From NCBI GenBank assembly GCA_041642075.1, contig JBEPXF010000003.1:1-55325 (forward strand): DNA of 55,325 nucleotides, given 5' to 3'. A program made the position numbers and the translations under genes. This document shows, piece after piece, positions 11,731 to 20,953 of the stretch. Source of the DNA: Fodinibius sp. (GTDB lineage Bacteria > Bacteroidota > Rhodothermia > Balneolales > Balneolaceae). The notes under the pieces are model-generated. The model was not told the origin of the DNA and did no database searches. It worked only from the letters and a program-made list of their open reading frames with translations. Every line of letters begins with the position of its first letter. Within the stretch, counting starts at the first letter, position 1.

Positions 11731-13098
11731 TCAGGAATAACGTTGAACAGGAGAAGGTGCAGATCCTACTACAGGAGGATTTTCCGATACTCCGCTAACA
11801 GATCCAAATTCATATTTTTCAGGACCTAGTCTCAGATCGGAATTAACCACTTGCTCCCAGGTAATTTCTTTACCGGTATAAGCAGCCATTCTTCCCATCA
11901 ATGCCATTCTGGTAGAATTAATCTGGGTTTCTGAATCATTAATATAGTTTCCAGTGCGAATGGCGGTTACCAGTTCTACATGCTCCTGAACATACGGATT
12001 GTTTACATACCAATCGGATTCTTCATTATCATCTTCTGGATAAGTATACTCCCAGATAACTTCTCCATCGTGATTGTACAAAGTACCAGTCGCATCGGCA
12101 TAACCTTTGGTTCCGGTTATATGCTGTACTTTGTCATTATCACAATCATTAATCTGCCGGGTAGCACAATGAACGCGTCGGCCATCATCGTATTCATAGG
12201 CCACACTAAAGTGGTCAAACTTATTACCGGACACTTCTTGAGCCCGTCCACCATAACCTACCGCTTTGGAAGGGAAATCTCCCATGTGCCAGTTCATGAC
12301 ATCCAATTCATGAATAAATTGCTCTACAAAATGATCCCCTGAGAGCCAGGTATAGTTCTGCCAGTTTCGAATCATATATTCCATTTCGCTCCACTGGTCT
12401 TGCCGCTCAACCCACCAGATAGCTCCACCGTTGCGTAAAATATTGGCGCCAATTACATCTCCGATAGCTCCATTGGAAACACGGCGCTGTGTTTCGATGA
12501 AATCTTTCTGATAACGACGAATCGTTCCACTGACCATGCATAAGTTTTTCTCCTTTGCCTTTTCTGTAGTATCCATCATGGCTCGAGCACCAACAGGATC
12601 CACCGCAACAGGCTTTTCCTGGAATACGTGCTTCCCGGCATCAATGGCTGCGGCTACATGTTGAGGACGAAAATGTGGCGGGGTAGCAAAAATCACAATA
12701 TCAACGTCAGAATCAATGACGCCTTTATAGTTATCAAAACCGGTGTAACAGTTTTCATCTGGAATCTCAACATCACGAGCTTTACTCAAAAGTTCACGGC
12801 ATTTTTGGAGCTGATCCTCAAATATATCTCCCAGTGCTACAATCTCAAGATTAGGACCAGCATCTAGGAAATTTACGGCTGCTCCACTTCCACGTCCCCC
12901 ACAACCGACCAAACCAGCCTTAAGAGGTTCTCCATCCGGCGCCTGATTTCGCAGTGACAGTGGAGTGCCCTCTTTAAGTTCGGTAACAGCATCTGTGGTA
13001 GCACAATTTGTTAAGAGTCCGGCCGCACCAAAAGCTCCCACTGTACTCCATGCTGCAGTAGATAAAAACTCGCGGCGACTTTGTTTTTTCTTATCCAT
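11731..13098 (-). CDS. Gfo/Idh/MocA oxidoreductase, Tat (lipo)protein
   Basis: SRREFLS Tat motif, LLTNC lipobox, [34 protein letters not shown]. Confidence 0.9.
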   Translation of the reverse strand: MDKKKQSRREFLSTAAWSTVGAFGAAGLLTNCATTDAVTELKEGTPLSLRNQAPDGEPLKAGLVGCGGRGSGAAVNFLDAGPNLEIVALGDIFEDQLQKCRELLSKARDVEIPDENCYTGFDNYKGVIDSDVDIVIFATPPHFRPQHVAAAIDAGKHVFQEKPVAVDPVGARAMMDTTEKAKEKNLCMVSGTIRRYQKDFIETQRRVSNGAIGDVIGANILRNGGAIWWVERQDQWSEMEYMIRNWQNYTWLSGDHFVEQFIHELDVMNWHMGDFPSKAVGYGGRAQEVSGNKFDHFSVAYEYDDGRRVHCATRQINDCDNDKVQHITGTKGYADATGTLYNHDGEVIWEYTYPEDDNEESDWYVNNPYVQEHVELVTAIRTGNYINDSETQINSTRMALMGRMAAYTGKEITWEQVVNSDLRLGPEKYEFGSVSGVSENPPVVGSAPSPVQRYS

Positions 13099-13485
13099 AA
13101 ATAAAATTTTCCAATCTATAAGTTAACAATGTTTGTATTCCTGAATATAAGAAAGCCTTGCTCGTATCAACAGATTAGCTATCTAATAAAATAAACCTCT
13201 AAATATAAATAATATTTTTTTGATCATAACTTCAAGAATCATTAGTAATGAAGTGAAGAATTAAATATTTGTCAAACATTAAAAAACAAAAGTACAATTT
13301 TTCTTTTCATTATTTATTCCCCATTAGATTATGTAGCACATAGTATTTTTTTTAGATTAGGATTGGTTGTTACTTTGAAATATATCGTTCCCATTTCAGA
13401 TACCATCTTATATGCTGGTAGCAACTTTCTCAAGTGTTTTATCATTAAATAATTATCAATATCAATACAAAATACTGTTTTCAAA

Positions 13486-14565
13486 ATGAGTAATGATGCG
13501 ATCAATATTTTAGTAGTTGGATGTGGAAATATGGGCACCTCTCATGCACGGGCATATGAACAACTGGAAGGCGTACAAATTGTCGGATTAGTCAGCCGAG
13601 GTCCGGAAAGCAGAAACCGACTTTCTGATGAACTGGGCGGTCTACCCACTTTTGATAACTATGGGGAGGCTCTTAATCAAACAAAGCCCGATGCTGTTTC
13701 TATCAATACCTATCAGTCTACCCACGCCGACTATGCAATTCAGGCTTTGCAGCAGGGAGCCCATGTATTTGTAGAAAAGCCACTGGCCGAAACTGTTGAG
13801 GAAGCGCAGGGTGTGGTAAAAGCTGCCCAACAGGCGGATAAAAAATTACTGGTTGGTTATATTCTACGTCATCATCCCGGCTGGATACAATTTGTGGAAC
13901 AGGGTCAAAAGCTGGGAAAACCGCTTGTAATGCGCATGAACTTAAACCAGCAGAGTACTGGTCCCCAATGGCAGGTCCATAAAAATCTTATGGCTTCCAT
14001 GTCCCCTATTGTTGATTGCGGAGTACATTATGTAGATATGATGTGCCAAATGACACAGGCTCAACCAGTCAGTGTGCATGCTATTGGAGCGCGATTGACC
14101 GAAGAAATTGATTCTGATATGTACAATTATGGACAGTTACAGGTAACTTTTGAGGATGGTTCCGTAGGATGGTATGAGTCCGGCTGGGGACCCATGATGA
14201 GTGAATCAGCCTATTTCATCAAAGATGCAATTGGCCCAAATGGCAGTATTAGTGTTCAAAAGAATACCTTCGAAGGCGAACGAGGTAAATCAGCTGATAT
14301 TGGAGAACATACCAAAATTAATAAGCTTCGGATGCATCACTCGGATACCGATGCAGGCGGAAACCTAATTAAAGATGATATCATAATAGAAACTCCCGAT
14401 GAGCCCAGCCACGATGAGCTTTGTTTTTACGAACAGGAATATTTTATCAAAACTATCCGGGAAGACCTTGATTTGACGGATCATATGCAGGCCGCCGTGC
14501 AAACGCTCCAAATTGTTCTTGCCTGTGATGAATCTGTAAAAACAGGTGAGAAAGTAAGGTTATAG
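13486..14565 (+). CDS. Gfo/Idh/MocA oxidoreductase (cytoplasmic)
   Basis: VVGCGNMG, HVFVEKPLA, DCGVHYVD. Confidence 0.9.
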   Translation: MSNDAINILVVGCGNMGTSHARAYEQLEGVQIVGLVSRGPESRNRLSDELGGLPTFDNYGEALNQTKPDAVSINTYQSTHADYAIQALQQGAHVFVEKPLAETVEEAQGVVKAAQQADKKLLVGYILRHHPGWIQFVEQGQKLGKPLVMRMNLNQQSTGPQWQVHKNLMASMSPIVDCGVHYVDMMCQMTQAQPVSVHAIGARLTEEIDSDMYNYGQLQVTFEDGSVGWYESGWGPMMSESAYFIKDAIGPNGSISVQKNTFEGERGKSADIGEHTKINKLRMHHSDTDAGGNLIKDDIIIETPDEPSHDELCFYEQEYFIKTIREDLDLTDHMQAAVQTLQIVLACDESVKTGEKVRL

Positions 14566-14815
14566 GTATAAAAATTTGTCGTTGAATAAAATAGTCCGGC
14601 TAATATTTAGTAATTGTAAAAAAAAGACATTTTCTTTACTCGCTATCCTTCTAGCAACAATAAATTGATACACAAACCCGATGGATTACTATTTTCGGTT
14701 ATATTCACTTAGAAAATAGATGAAGATTGTATTGGAACAATATATAGGTTAATGGATTATGAACTTATCTAATCACTACCTCATCCATATAAATTTTATA
14801 ATCACTTTGTTTTAA

Positions 14816-15721
14816 GTGAAGACAATAAAACAGGGAACGATAAGCTGGTTCTGGGATTTGCTAAGGCAGGGCTATACCGAACTACAAAAAAATGATCCTT
14901 TACGTCTAAGTTCCTCAACGGCTTTTTTTGCAATGTTTTCGTTGATTCCTATCATTGTTTTACTCTTGGATTTTATGGGTCTGCTCTTCCGGGTAGAAAC
15001 AATAAAAGAAGAAATTTTTAGTGTGCTTCAACAAACCTTCGGTGGAGAAACGACAGATTATTTAGCTAACATCCTGGAAAACTTTCAAAACTTACAGGAT
15101 GGATTTTTTACGACAATAGGCATACTTCTTTTTTTGATTTTTATAGTGACCACATTGTTTAATGTCGTACATAACTCCTTTAATCAAATTCTCCAGATAA
15201 AATTAAAAGATCCCAGTTTCAAGTTCTTCCTGAAAAACAGGGGCTTATTTTTAATAATTATCTTCTGTGGTGGAATCCTATTACTCACTACCTTCTTCAT
15301 TGATATGATTATCAACTTTGCAGGAGAACAGATTTTTAATGTTTTTAATATCAATTCCATAATTGTAATAGCACTGGATACTATATTTACAATAGTCCTG
15401 TTTACAATATGGCTTGCTATAGTTTATAAATATTTGCCTGATGTAAAACTACCCTGGAGACCTGTATGGATGGGAGCATTTATTACCAGTATTTTAGCAT
15501 ATATTGGTCAATTTATACTGGGAAGAGTTATTGTATCAGGAAACCTGGGTACCCTCTATGGTTCTTCCGCTTCGATGATCTTAATCTTGTTATTTATCTT
15601 CTATGCATCATTCCTTCTATATTACGGCTTTTGTCTGGTAAAACTTTATGCTGAAAAGAAAAATTATGACCTTAAATCCAGCAAATATGCCGTTAAATAT
15701 GAGATAAATGAAATTGAGTAA
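14816..15721 (+). CDS. YihY/virulence factor BrkB family membrane protein
   Basis: SSSTAFFAMFSLIP, YKYLPD, LYGSSASM; 6-7 TM; visibly AT-rich; GTG start. Confidence 0.85.
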   Translation: MKTIKQGTISWFWDLLRQGYTELQKNDPLRLSSSTAFFAMFSLIPIIVLLLDFMGLLFRVETIKEEIFSVLQQTFGGETTDYLANILENFQNLQDGFFTTIGILLFLIFIVTTLFNVVHNSFNQILQIKLKDPSFKFFLKNRGLFLIIIFCGGILLLTTFFIDMIINFAGEQIFNVFNINSIIVIALDTIFTIVLFTIWLAIVYKYLPDVKLPWRPVWMGAFITSILAYIGQFILGRVIVSGNLGTLYGSSASMILILLFIFYASFLLYYGFCLVKLYAEKKNYDLKSSKYAVKYEINEIE

Positions 15722-15773
15722 CAGAGAAGTGGGCTAAGTAATTTTTATAAATAGGTTCTGTAAAAGCCTTCTA

Positions 15774-16496
15774 TCACATTGGAGGTACACGTCCATGCTG
15801 GGGCTTAACTAAGATTTCCTCAACAACTGTTCGGGGAGAAAGTTGAGTAAGGTTCAGGATAATTTTTGCCACATCATCCGGATCAATAAGAAGATCGCGA
15901 TCAATGAGTGATCCCTCCCATGAGGTCGACTGTGTCTGACCCAGGTTTACAGCGGTTACTCCCACTTCGGTATTCATCAGCTCCTGACGTAATGAACGGG
16001 TATATCCCAGCAGCGCATGCTTGGAGGCTGAATAGGCTCCACTATCCCTTAAACCTTCTATGGCACCCACTGAGCATATATTGATGATCAGAGCATGAGT
16101 TTTTTCCTTCAGCTTATCTAGGAAGTAATTAGTTATATTGACAGCTGAATACAAATTCGACTGTATCTGCTCTGAAAACTCTTCATGAGTAGTTTTTCCC
16201 AGTGGCTTCAACAAAAAAGAACCAGCATTGTTAATCACAATTTTGGGTTCTTGAAAATTCTCAGGGAACTTCATCTTTCTTACTGCTTTAGGATTGGACG
16301 CATCACAGTTCCTGATTTCCACTTCGTTATCTCCCAACTTACAGCAGAGCGTTTGCGTATCCTTCAGGTCCGATTTTGATCGGGCAATAAGCAGAAGAGC
16401 AAAGTCTGTCTCTCTTGCAAAAGCCATGGCAATTCGTCTTCCGATACCCCGGCTGGCGCCCGTAATTACGACAGAATGAGCTTTCTGATCGGCCAC
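15774..16496 (-). CDS. Classical SDR family NAD(P)-dependent oxidoreductase
   Basis: ITGASRGIG, NNAG, YSASK; GTG start overlaps queE stop (TAGTG). Confidence 0.9.
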   Translation of the reverse strand: MADQKAHSVVITGASRGIGRRIAMAFARETDFALLLIARSKSDLKDTQTLCCKLGDNEVEIRNCDASNPKAVRKMKFPENFQEPKIVINNAGSFLLKPLGKTTHEEFSEQIQSNLYSAVNITNYFLDKLKEKTHALIINICSVGAIEGLRDSGAYSASKHALLGYTRSLRQELMNTEVGVTAVNLGQTQSTSWEGSLIDRDLLIDPDDVAKIILNLTQLSPRTVVEEILVKPQHGRVPPM

Positions 16497-17146
16497 TATC
16501 GGACTCCCATGAATTTATGCGTCTGTAAGCTTATTCCCCACTCAGGGTTTTCCTTCACATATTCTATAATAAGGTCAACCGCTCCTTCCTTTTCCCATTC
16601 AGGCTGAAGCAGAAGCTGCGTGCTTTCTGGACATTTAGCGGCATTTTTCTCAGCCCACTCCAAGTCTTTGTTAGTCAATACTACGATCTTCAATTCATCC
16701 ACATAGGGGAAAATATCATCAATCGGTTCTTTAAAACGCTTCGGAGACAGCGTTATCCAATCCAGATAACCGGATAGCGGGGATGAGCCACTAGTTTCGA
16801 TATGAGTTTTAATTCCCGCCTGTTTTAATTGTAGGGTCAGGGGATCCAGATCGTGCAATAGTGGTTCACCACCCGTAATGACGGCAAATTCTGCACCGCT
16901 TTCCTGCGCACGCTTCACAATATTACCAACCGATTCACGTGGATGAGCATCTTCATCCCAACTTTCCTGTACGTCGCACCACCAGCAGTTAACATCACAT
17001 CCTGCAGTACGGATAAAATAGGCCGGACGACCGCTGTGCGCTCCTTCCCCCTGGATCGTATAGAAATCCTCCATCAGGGGATATTCTACCTCCTTTATCT
17101 TATCCGAAGCAATTAGCGTTTCCAGTTGGTCCTGTGATTTAAACAT
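16496..17146 (-). CDS. queE: 7-carboxy-7-deazaguanine synthase (radical SAM)
   Basis: FYTIQGEG, RTAGCDVNCWWCD (CxxxCxxC), ITGGEP, HIETSG, ISLQTHKF. Confidence 0.93.
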   Translation of the reverse strand: MFKSQDQLETLIASDKIKEVEYPLMEDFYTIQGEGAHSGRPAYFIRTAGCDVNCWWCDVQESWDEDAHPRESVGNIVKRAQESGAEFAVITGGEPLLHDLDPLTLQLKQAGIKTHIETSGSSPLSGYLDWITLSPKRFKEPIDDIFPYVDELKIVVLTNKDLEWAEKNAAKCPESTQLLLQPEWEKEGAVDLIIEYVKENPEWGISLQTHKFMGVR

Positions 17147-17380
17147 GTAGAAAAGTTTCTTGTTAAATGCTGAATACTTCTAAAAATAGCCAATATTAAA
17201 GATAATAAGAATTATTGAAGCAGATAAATATACATTCCAAATCTACTACCCTACCCTGCTTTTTATTCATAGATATTTCAATATTCAGTTGTCTTTATAA
17301 AAGAAGGTGACTATCATAAGTAATGAATTAAAATCATTTACTTTTTTGGCATAACTATTCATCAGCTGCTTAATAGAAAA

Positions 17381-18125
17381 GGGTCTAGTGAAGCATAGCA
17401 TGTTATAAAAGTTTGTAACATATTGCTATGCAATGAATAATAAGTATTATAAGAGCTGGGAAATTTCTGAGGCCAAATTTCGGCAATTAATCCGCTATTT
17501 TGCGATGGATCTTACGGCTACGGATACGGCCGAACTCACAGGGCTCAGCCGCCGGTCGGTTACGGCTATTTATGGGCGTCTCCGCTGTAAGATAGCCCGC
17601 TGGTCCGAGCAAGAAGCCCCATTGGCTGGCACCATCGAAGTGGATGAATCCTACTTTGGTCCCAAGCGGATACCCGGTAAACGAGGCCGCGGTGCTGGTG
17701 GGAAAACCATTGTCTTTGGCATCTTCAAAAGACGAGGCAAAGTGTACACTGAAATCGTGGAAGACGCCAAGAAAAAGACGCTCCAGCGTATTATACGTGG
17801 GAAAGTAAGCCTGGAAAGCGTGATCCACAGCGATGGATGGCCCGGCTATAATGGTCTGGTAGATGTCGGATACGACAAGCACTATCGTATCAAACACGGA
17901 GAAGATGAATTTTCTCACGGCAACCAACACATTAATGGCATTGAATCTTTTTGGAGTTTCGGGAAACGTCGACTGACCCAGTTTAATGGGGTTCCAAAGC
18001 ATACGTTTTATCTGCATTTAAAAGAAACTGAATTTCGTTTTAATCATCGAAATAATAACTTATATAACGTCTTGCTGAAGCTCCTTCGAAAAGATCCTCT
18101 TTAAGTAGTTTGCTTCACTAGACCC
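17381..18125 (+). mobile_element. IS1595-family insertion sequence (IS1016-like subgroup), 745 bp, intact
   Basis: Perfect 15-bp terminal inverted repeats GGGTCTAGTGAAGCA (17381-17395) / TGCTTCACTAGACCC (18111-18125); 7-bp target duplication TAGAAAA at 17374-17380 and 18126-18132. Confidence 0.95.
17433..18104 (+). CDS. IS1595 family (ISXO2-like) DDE transposase
   Basis: EVDESYFG, GKRGRGA, IHSDGWPGY, HINGIESFWS, HLKETEFRFN; N-terminal HTH, no Zn ribbon. Confidence 0.95.
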   Translation: MNNKYYKSWEISEAKFRQLIRYFAMDLTATDTAELTGLSRRSVTAIYGRLRCKIARWSEQEAPLAGTIEVDESYFGPKRIPGKRGRGAGGKTIVFGIFKRRGKVYTEIVEDAKKKTLQRIIRGKVSLESVIHSDGWPGYNGLVDVGYDKHYRIKHGEDEFSHGNQHINGIESFWSFGKRRLTQFNGVPKHTFYLHLKETEFRFNHRNNNLYNVLLKLLRKDPL

Positions 18126-18148
18126 TAGAAAAAATATAATTGATTACG

Positions 18149-18880
18149 ATGCGTACTTCCTATCAAAATAATATTCTCGTTGCCTTACTAGTTGCCGTTG
18201 GGATTGCCCTTGCCGGGTGGTTTATTGGAGATGGCTTTGTAGAAGCCCGAAGCGGCGATCGTTATGTGACGGTTAAGGGGGTTTCTGAACGCGATGTATT
18301 GGCCGATATGGCTTTATGGCCTATTCGATACGTAGCCGCTGGTAATAACCTGAATACTGTGCAGCAAAAAATTCGCCAGGATCAAAACCGTATCCAAATT
18401 TTTTTGGAAGAGCACGGCATAAAAGAAAATGCTATTGAGCTGCAAAATCTCGAAGTGACCGACCGTACGGCCCAATCCTATCAGTCGGGTTCTTATGAGA
18501 ATCGCTTTATACTCGAACAGACACTGATGGTTCGCTCAAAGGATGTCTCCAAAATAGATGATGCCAGTCAGGATATCGGAACACTGGTTGAGGCAGGAAT
18601 CATTCTCAATAGCCAATATTCAGGGGGCGGTCCAACTTATCTTTTTAATGGATTGACGGAGCTTAAACCGGAGATGATAGCTGAGGCTACCAAAAATGCC
18701 CGTGGATCAGCCGAACAATTTGCGCGTGATTCGGGAAGTGAGTTAGATGGCATTCGCAGTGCCAACCAAGGTGTTTTTGTGATACTTGCACGTGACAAAG
18801 CTCCCATGCTTCAGGAGGAAAAACAAATTCGAAAAACTGTACGTGTAGTTTCTACGATTGAGTATTACCTGGGAGATTAA
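18149..18880 (+). CDS. SIMPL (DUF541) domain periplasmic protein
   Basis: N-terminal anchor, RYVTVKGVSER, KPEMIAEATKNAR, KTVRVVSTIEY; ATG at 18149 preferred over TTG at 18140. Confidence 0.88.
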   Translation: MRTSYQNNILVALLVAVGIALAGWFIGDGFVEARSGDRYVTVKGVSERDVLADMALWPIRYVAAGNNLNTVQQKIRQDQNRIQIFLEEHGIKENAIELQNLEVTDRTAQSYQSGSYENRFILEQTLMVRSKDVSKIDDASQDIGTLVEAGIILNSQYSGGGPTYLFNGLTELKPEMIAEATKNARGSAEQFARDSGSELDGIRSANQGVFVILARDKAPMLQEEKQIRKTVRVVSTIEYYLGD

Positions 18881-18924
18881 ATCAACAATACCGGCAGGAA
18901 TTTTTCATACTATATTTTAAAATT

Positions 18925-19314
18925 TCAATCTTGGTCATCCGTGTATTCTACCCAGCAATTCTCAGTTTCCCAGACCCTGACAGTTAGCGTTATTCCCTCC
19001 GGAATGCGGCTCATTGTCTCTTTATAAATAAATTCTGCAATACGCTCAGCAGTGGGATTCACCGGCAGCTCTTCATTCAACACCGAATGATCAAGCCCCC
19101 CCTTTTCAGATCCTTTAGCCGCCCATTTCAATTCTTGAAAATCACAGACCATATCATTTGTATCCAAATATTTTGAGGGATTAAGCTGATTTGATTCAGC
19201 GGAAACATGCACCTTATAACTGTGTCCATGCATACGTCCACACTTGCCATCATATCCCTCAATTCGGTGGGCAGCATCAAATTTAAAAGTTGTATGTAGC
19301 GTCCATGTAGGCAT
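18925..19314 (-). CDS. queD: 6-carboxy-5,6,7,8-tetrahydropterin synthase (QueD/PTPS)
   Basis: FDAAH, CGRMHGHSY (CxxxHGH), LDHSVLNE, PTAERIA, VWETE. Confidence 0.88.
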   Translation of the reverse strand: MPTWTLHTTFKFDAAHRIEGYDGKCGRMHGHSYKVHVSAESNQLNPSKYLDTNDMVCDFQELKWAAKGSEKGGLDHSVLNEELPVNPTAERIAEFIYKETMSRIPEGITLTVRVWETENCWVEYTDDQD

Positions 19315-19336
19315 TTATGATCATGATCATTTAATT

Positions 19337-19372
19337 AAAAAAGAAAGGCTTGCCAGTAAATCTGACAAGCTC
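19337..19372 (-). terminator. Intrinsic terminator-like hairpin immediately upstream of queD
   Basis: Minus strand GAGCTTGTCAG-ATTTA-CTGGCAAGCC followed by TTTCTTTTTT. Confidence 0.65.
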
Positions 19373-19463
19373 TTAAAAATAATGAAATATTGGGAGAATT
19401 AGGAATCAGTAATGACTGTACATCTGAAAGCTGCAATGCTGGTATCAAATCCAATAGCTTATA

Positions 19464-20090
19464 TTACTCTGGCCACTTTATCGTACAGCCTAATGCTTTG
19501 GTGGTATTCGGATCAATTTCATTCTCTGCCACCAAATTTTCAATAGCATTTTTCAAAAAAGTCTGTTCAACCTCCTCTGCTGATTTTGCATTATCATCGA
19601 TGGCCCCGGTATAAACCAACTCCATATCGCTGTTAAATAAAAATATATCCGGGGTACGAGTAGCGCCAAAAGCCTCCGCCAGCCTAGCCTGTTTATCCAG
19701 TGCATAATAAAACTGATAATTGCTTGACTCAGCCCGTTCCTTCATATCCTCCATTGACTCTCCGTCATCTCGGATAGCCGCATTCGGATTCAGGGCGATA
19801 ATCCCAATGTTATTATTCTTCGCTAGCTCTGCAATAGGATTATAACGATCTTCCCACGCCTCTACCCATGGACAAGTATTACAAGAGAAATTAACTAATA
19901 ACCCATTTTCTCCGGCAACCTCTTCAAGCGTTAATACTTCACCAGACACATCCGTAACCTCTACATCCGTTAGCGGAGCTTTCTCTCCAATTTCCAATCG
20001 ATCAGCCGACTTATCTTTTATTGGAAAAAATGCTAATAATCCAATAGTCAGTACTATAAAAAATACATGAGCTGTCTTATTTATATTCAT
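19464..20090 (-). CDS. Exported thioredoxin-fold redoxin (AhpC/TSA, PRX-like)
   Basis: FSCNTCPWV, FGATRTPDIFLF, YTGAIDD, ALGCTIKW. Confidence 0.88.
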   Translation of the reverse strand: MNINKTAHVFFIVLTIGLLAFFPIKDKSADRLEIGEKAPLTDVEVTDVSGEVLTLEEVAGENGLLVNFSCNTCPWVEAWEDRYNPIAELAKNNNIGIIALNPNAAIRDDGESMEDMKERAESSNYQFYYALDKQARLAEAFGATRTPDIFLFNSDMELVYTGAIDDNAKSAEEVEQTFLKNAIENLVAENEIDPNTTKALGCTIKWPE

Positions 20091-20095
20091 GATAT

Positions 20096-20623
20096 TCAGT
20101 TTATTAGTGCTTTTTTTATATTGTTTTCAAACTTCTCATACTCTGCTCCCTGTTCCCAGCTTGCAACCACTTGGCCATCTCTACTTAAAATTTTGGTGAA
20201 GGGTAAAGCACCGCTCCAGTTCTCTGATAATGCTTCAATAAACGGTTGGTCTTTGCCCGTTTTAAAATAGGTCGTCCAATCTACCTCCTGTTCTTTCAGG
20301 AAATCTTTTGCGCGGTCTCTGCTATCCGGAAAATCTGCTGAAATAAAAACTACCTGTACTTCATCCTGATATTTGCGTTGTAGTTCAACAATATACGGAA
20401 ACTCGTCGATGCAAGGCGCACACCAAGTTGCCCACACGTTAATTAACACAGCCTTTTCTCCCTTGTAAGAATTGATAACCTGCTGTAATTCCTCCCCTGT
20501 TATATCCTGAAGCAAAGGATCTGAATCTGAAGTGGTAGTCTGGGCGACACCAACAGCCACATTTGTTGAAACCACAAATCCTATGACCAATATACATTTA
20601 AAAACTACAGAATTTCCCATCAT
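20096..20623 (-). CDS. TlpA-family protein disulfide reductase
   Basis: Signal peptide; NVWATWCAPCIDEFP; GALPFT. Confidence 0.9.
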   Translation of the reverse strand: MMGNSVVFKCILVIGFVVSTNVAVGVAQTTTSDSDPLLQDITGEELQQVINSYKGEKAVLINVWATWCAPCIDEFPYIVELQRKYQDEVQVVFISADFPDSRDRAKDFLKEQEVDWTTYFKTGKDQPFIEALSENWSGALPFTKILSRDGQVVASWEQGAEYEKFENNIKKALIN

Positions 20624-20638
20624 GCTGTGCTAACTATT

Positions 20639-20947
20639 TTATTCATTAGGATCCCATAAGTGTTTTTCTATATCAATCTGATATTCATCGATAAATGTAA
20701 TCCCTTCCTGCTTCAAACGTTCCCGCATGGTATCATCCGGAAAGTGAGCACGCCCAGTTAGCTCTCCGTTTCTATTAACAACACGATGTGCAGGAATATT
20801 CGTTTCAGAAACGTTATTAAGCGCATATCCTACCATTCGTGCTCCTGATGCAATCCCCAAATATCGGGCGATAACACCATAGGTTGAAACCCTACCCCTG
20901 GGAATTTGAGCAACTACCGAATATACGCGCTCATAATAATCTTCCAT
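20639..20947 (-). CDS. Alkyltransferase-like (ATL/MGMT family) DNA-binding protein
   Basis: IPRGRVSTYG, ARMVGYAL, IPAHRVVN (Ala at the catalytic Cys position). Confidence 0.88.
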   Translation of the reverse strand: MEDYYERVYSVVAQIPRGRVSTYGVIARYLGIASGARMVGYALNNVSETNIPAHRVVNRNGELTGRAHFPDDTMRERLKQEGITFIDEYQIDIEKHLWDPNE

Positions 20948-20953
20948 AAGCTA

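Noticed and set aside
17147-17380. preQ1 riboswitch upstream of queE
   Set aside because: No P1 stem with the GUUC/UAG loop and A-rich tail pattern found on the minus strand
17694-17701. E. coli Chi site GCTGGTGG
   Set aside because: A single noticed occurrence inside the transposase coding sequence; Chi is lineage-specific
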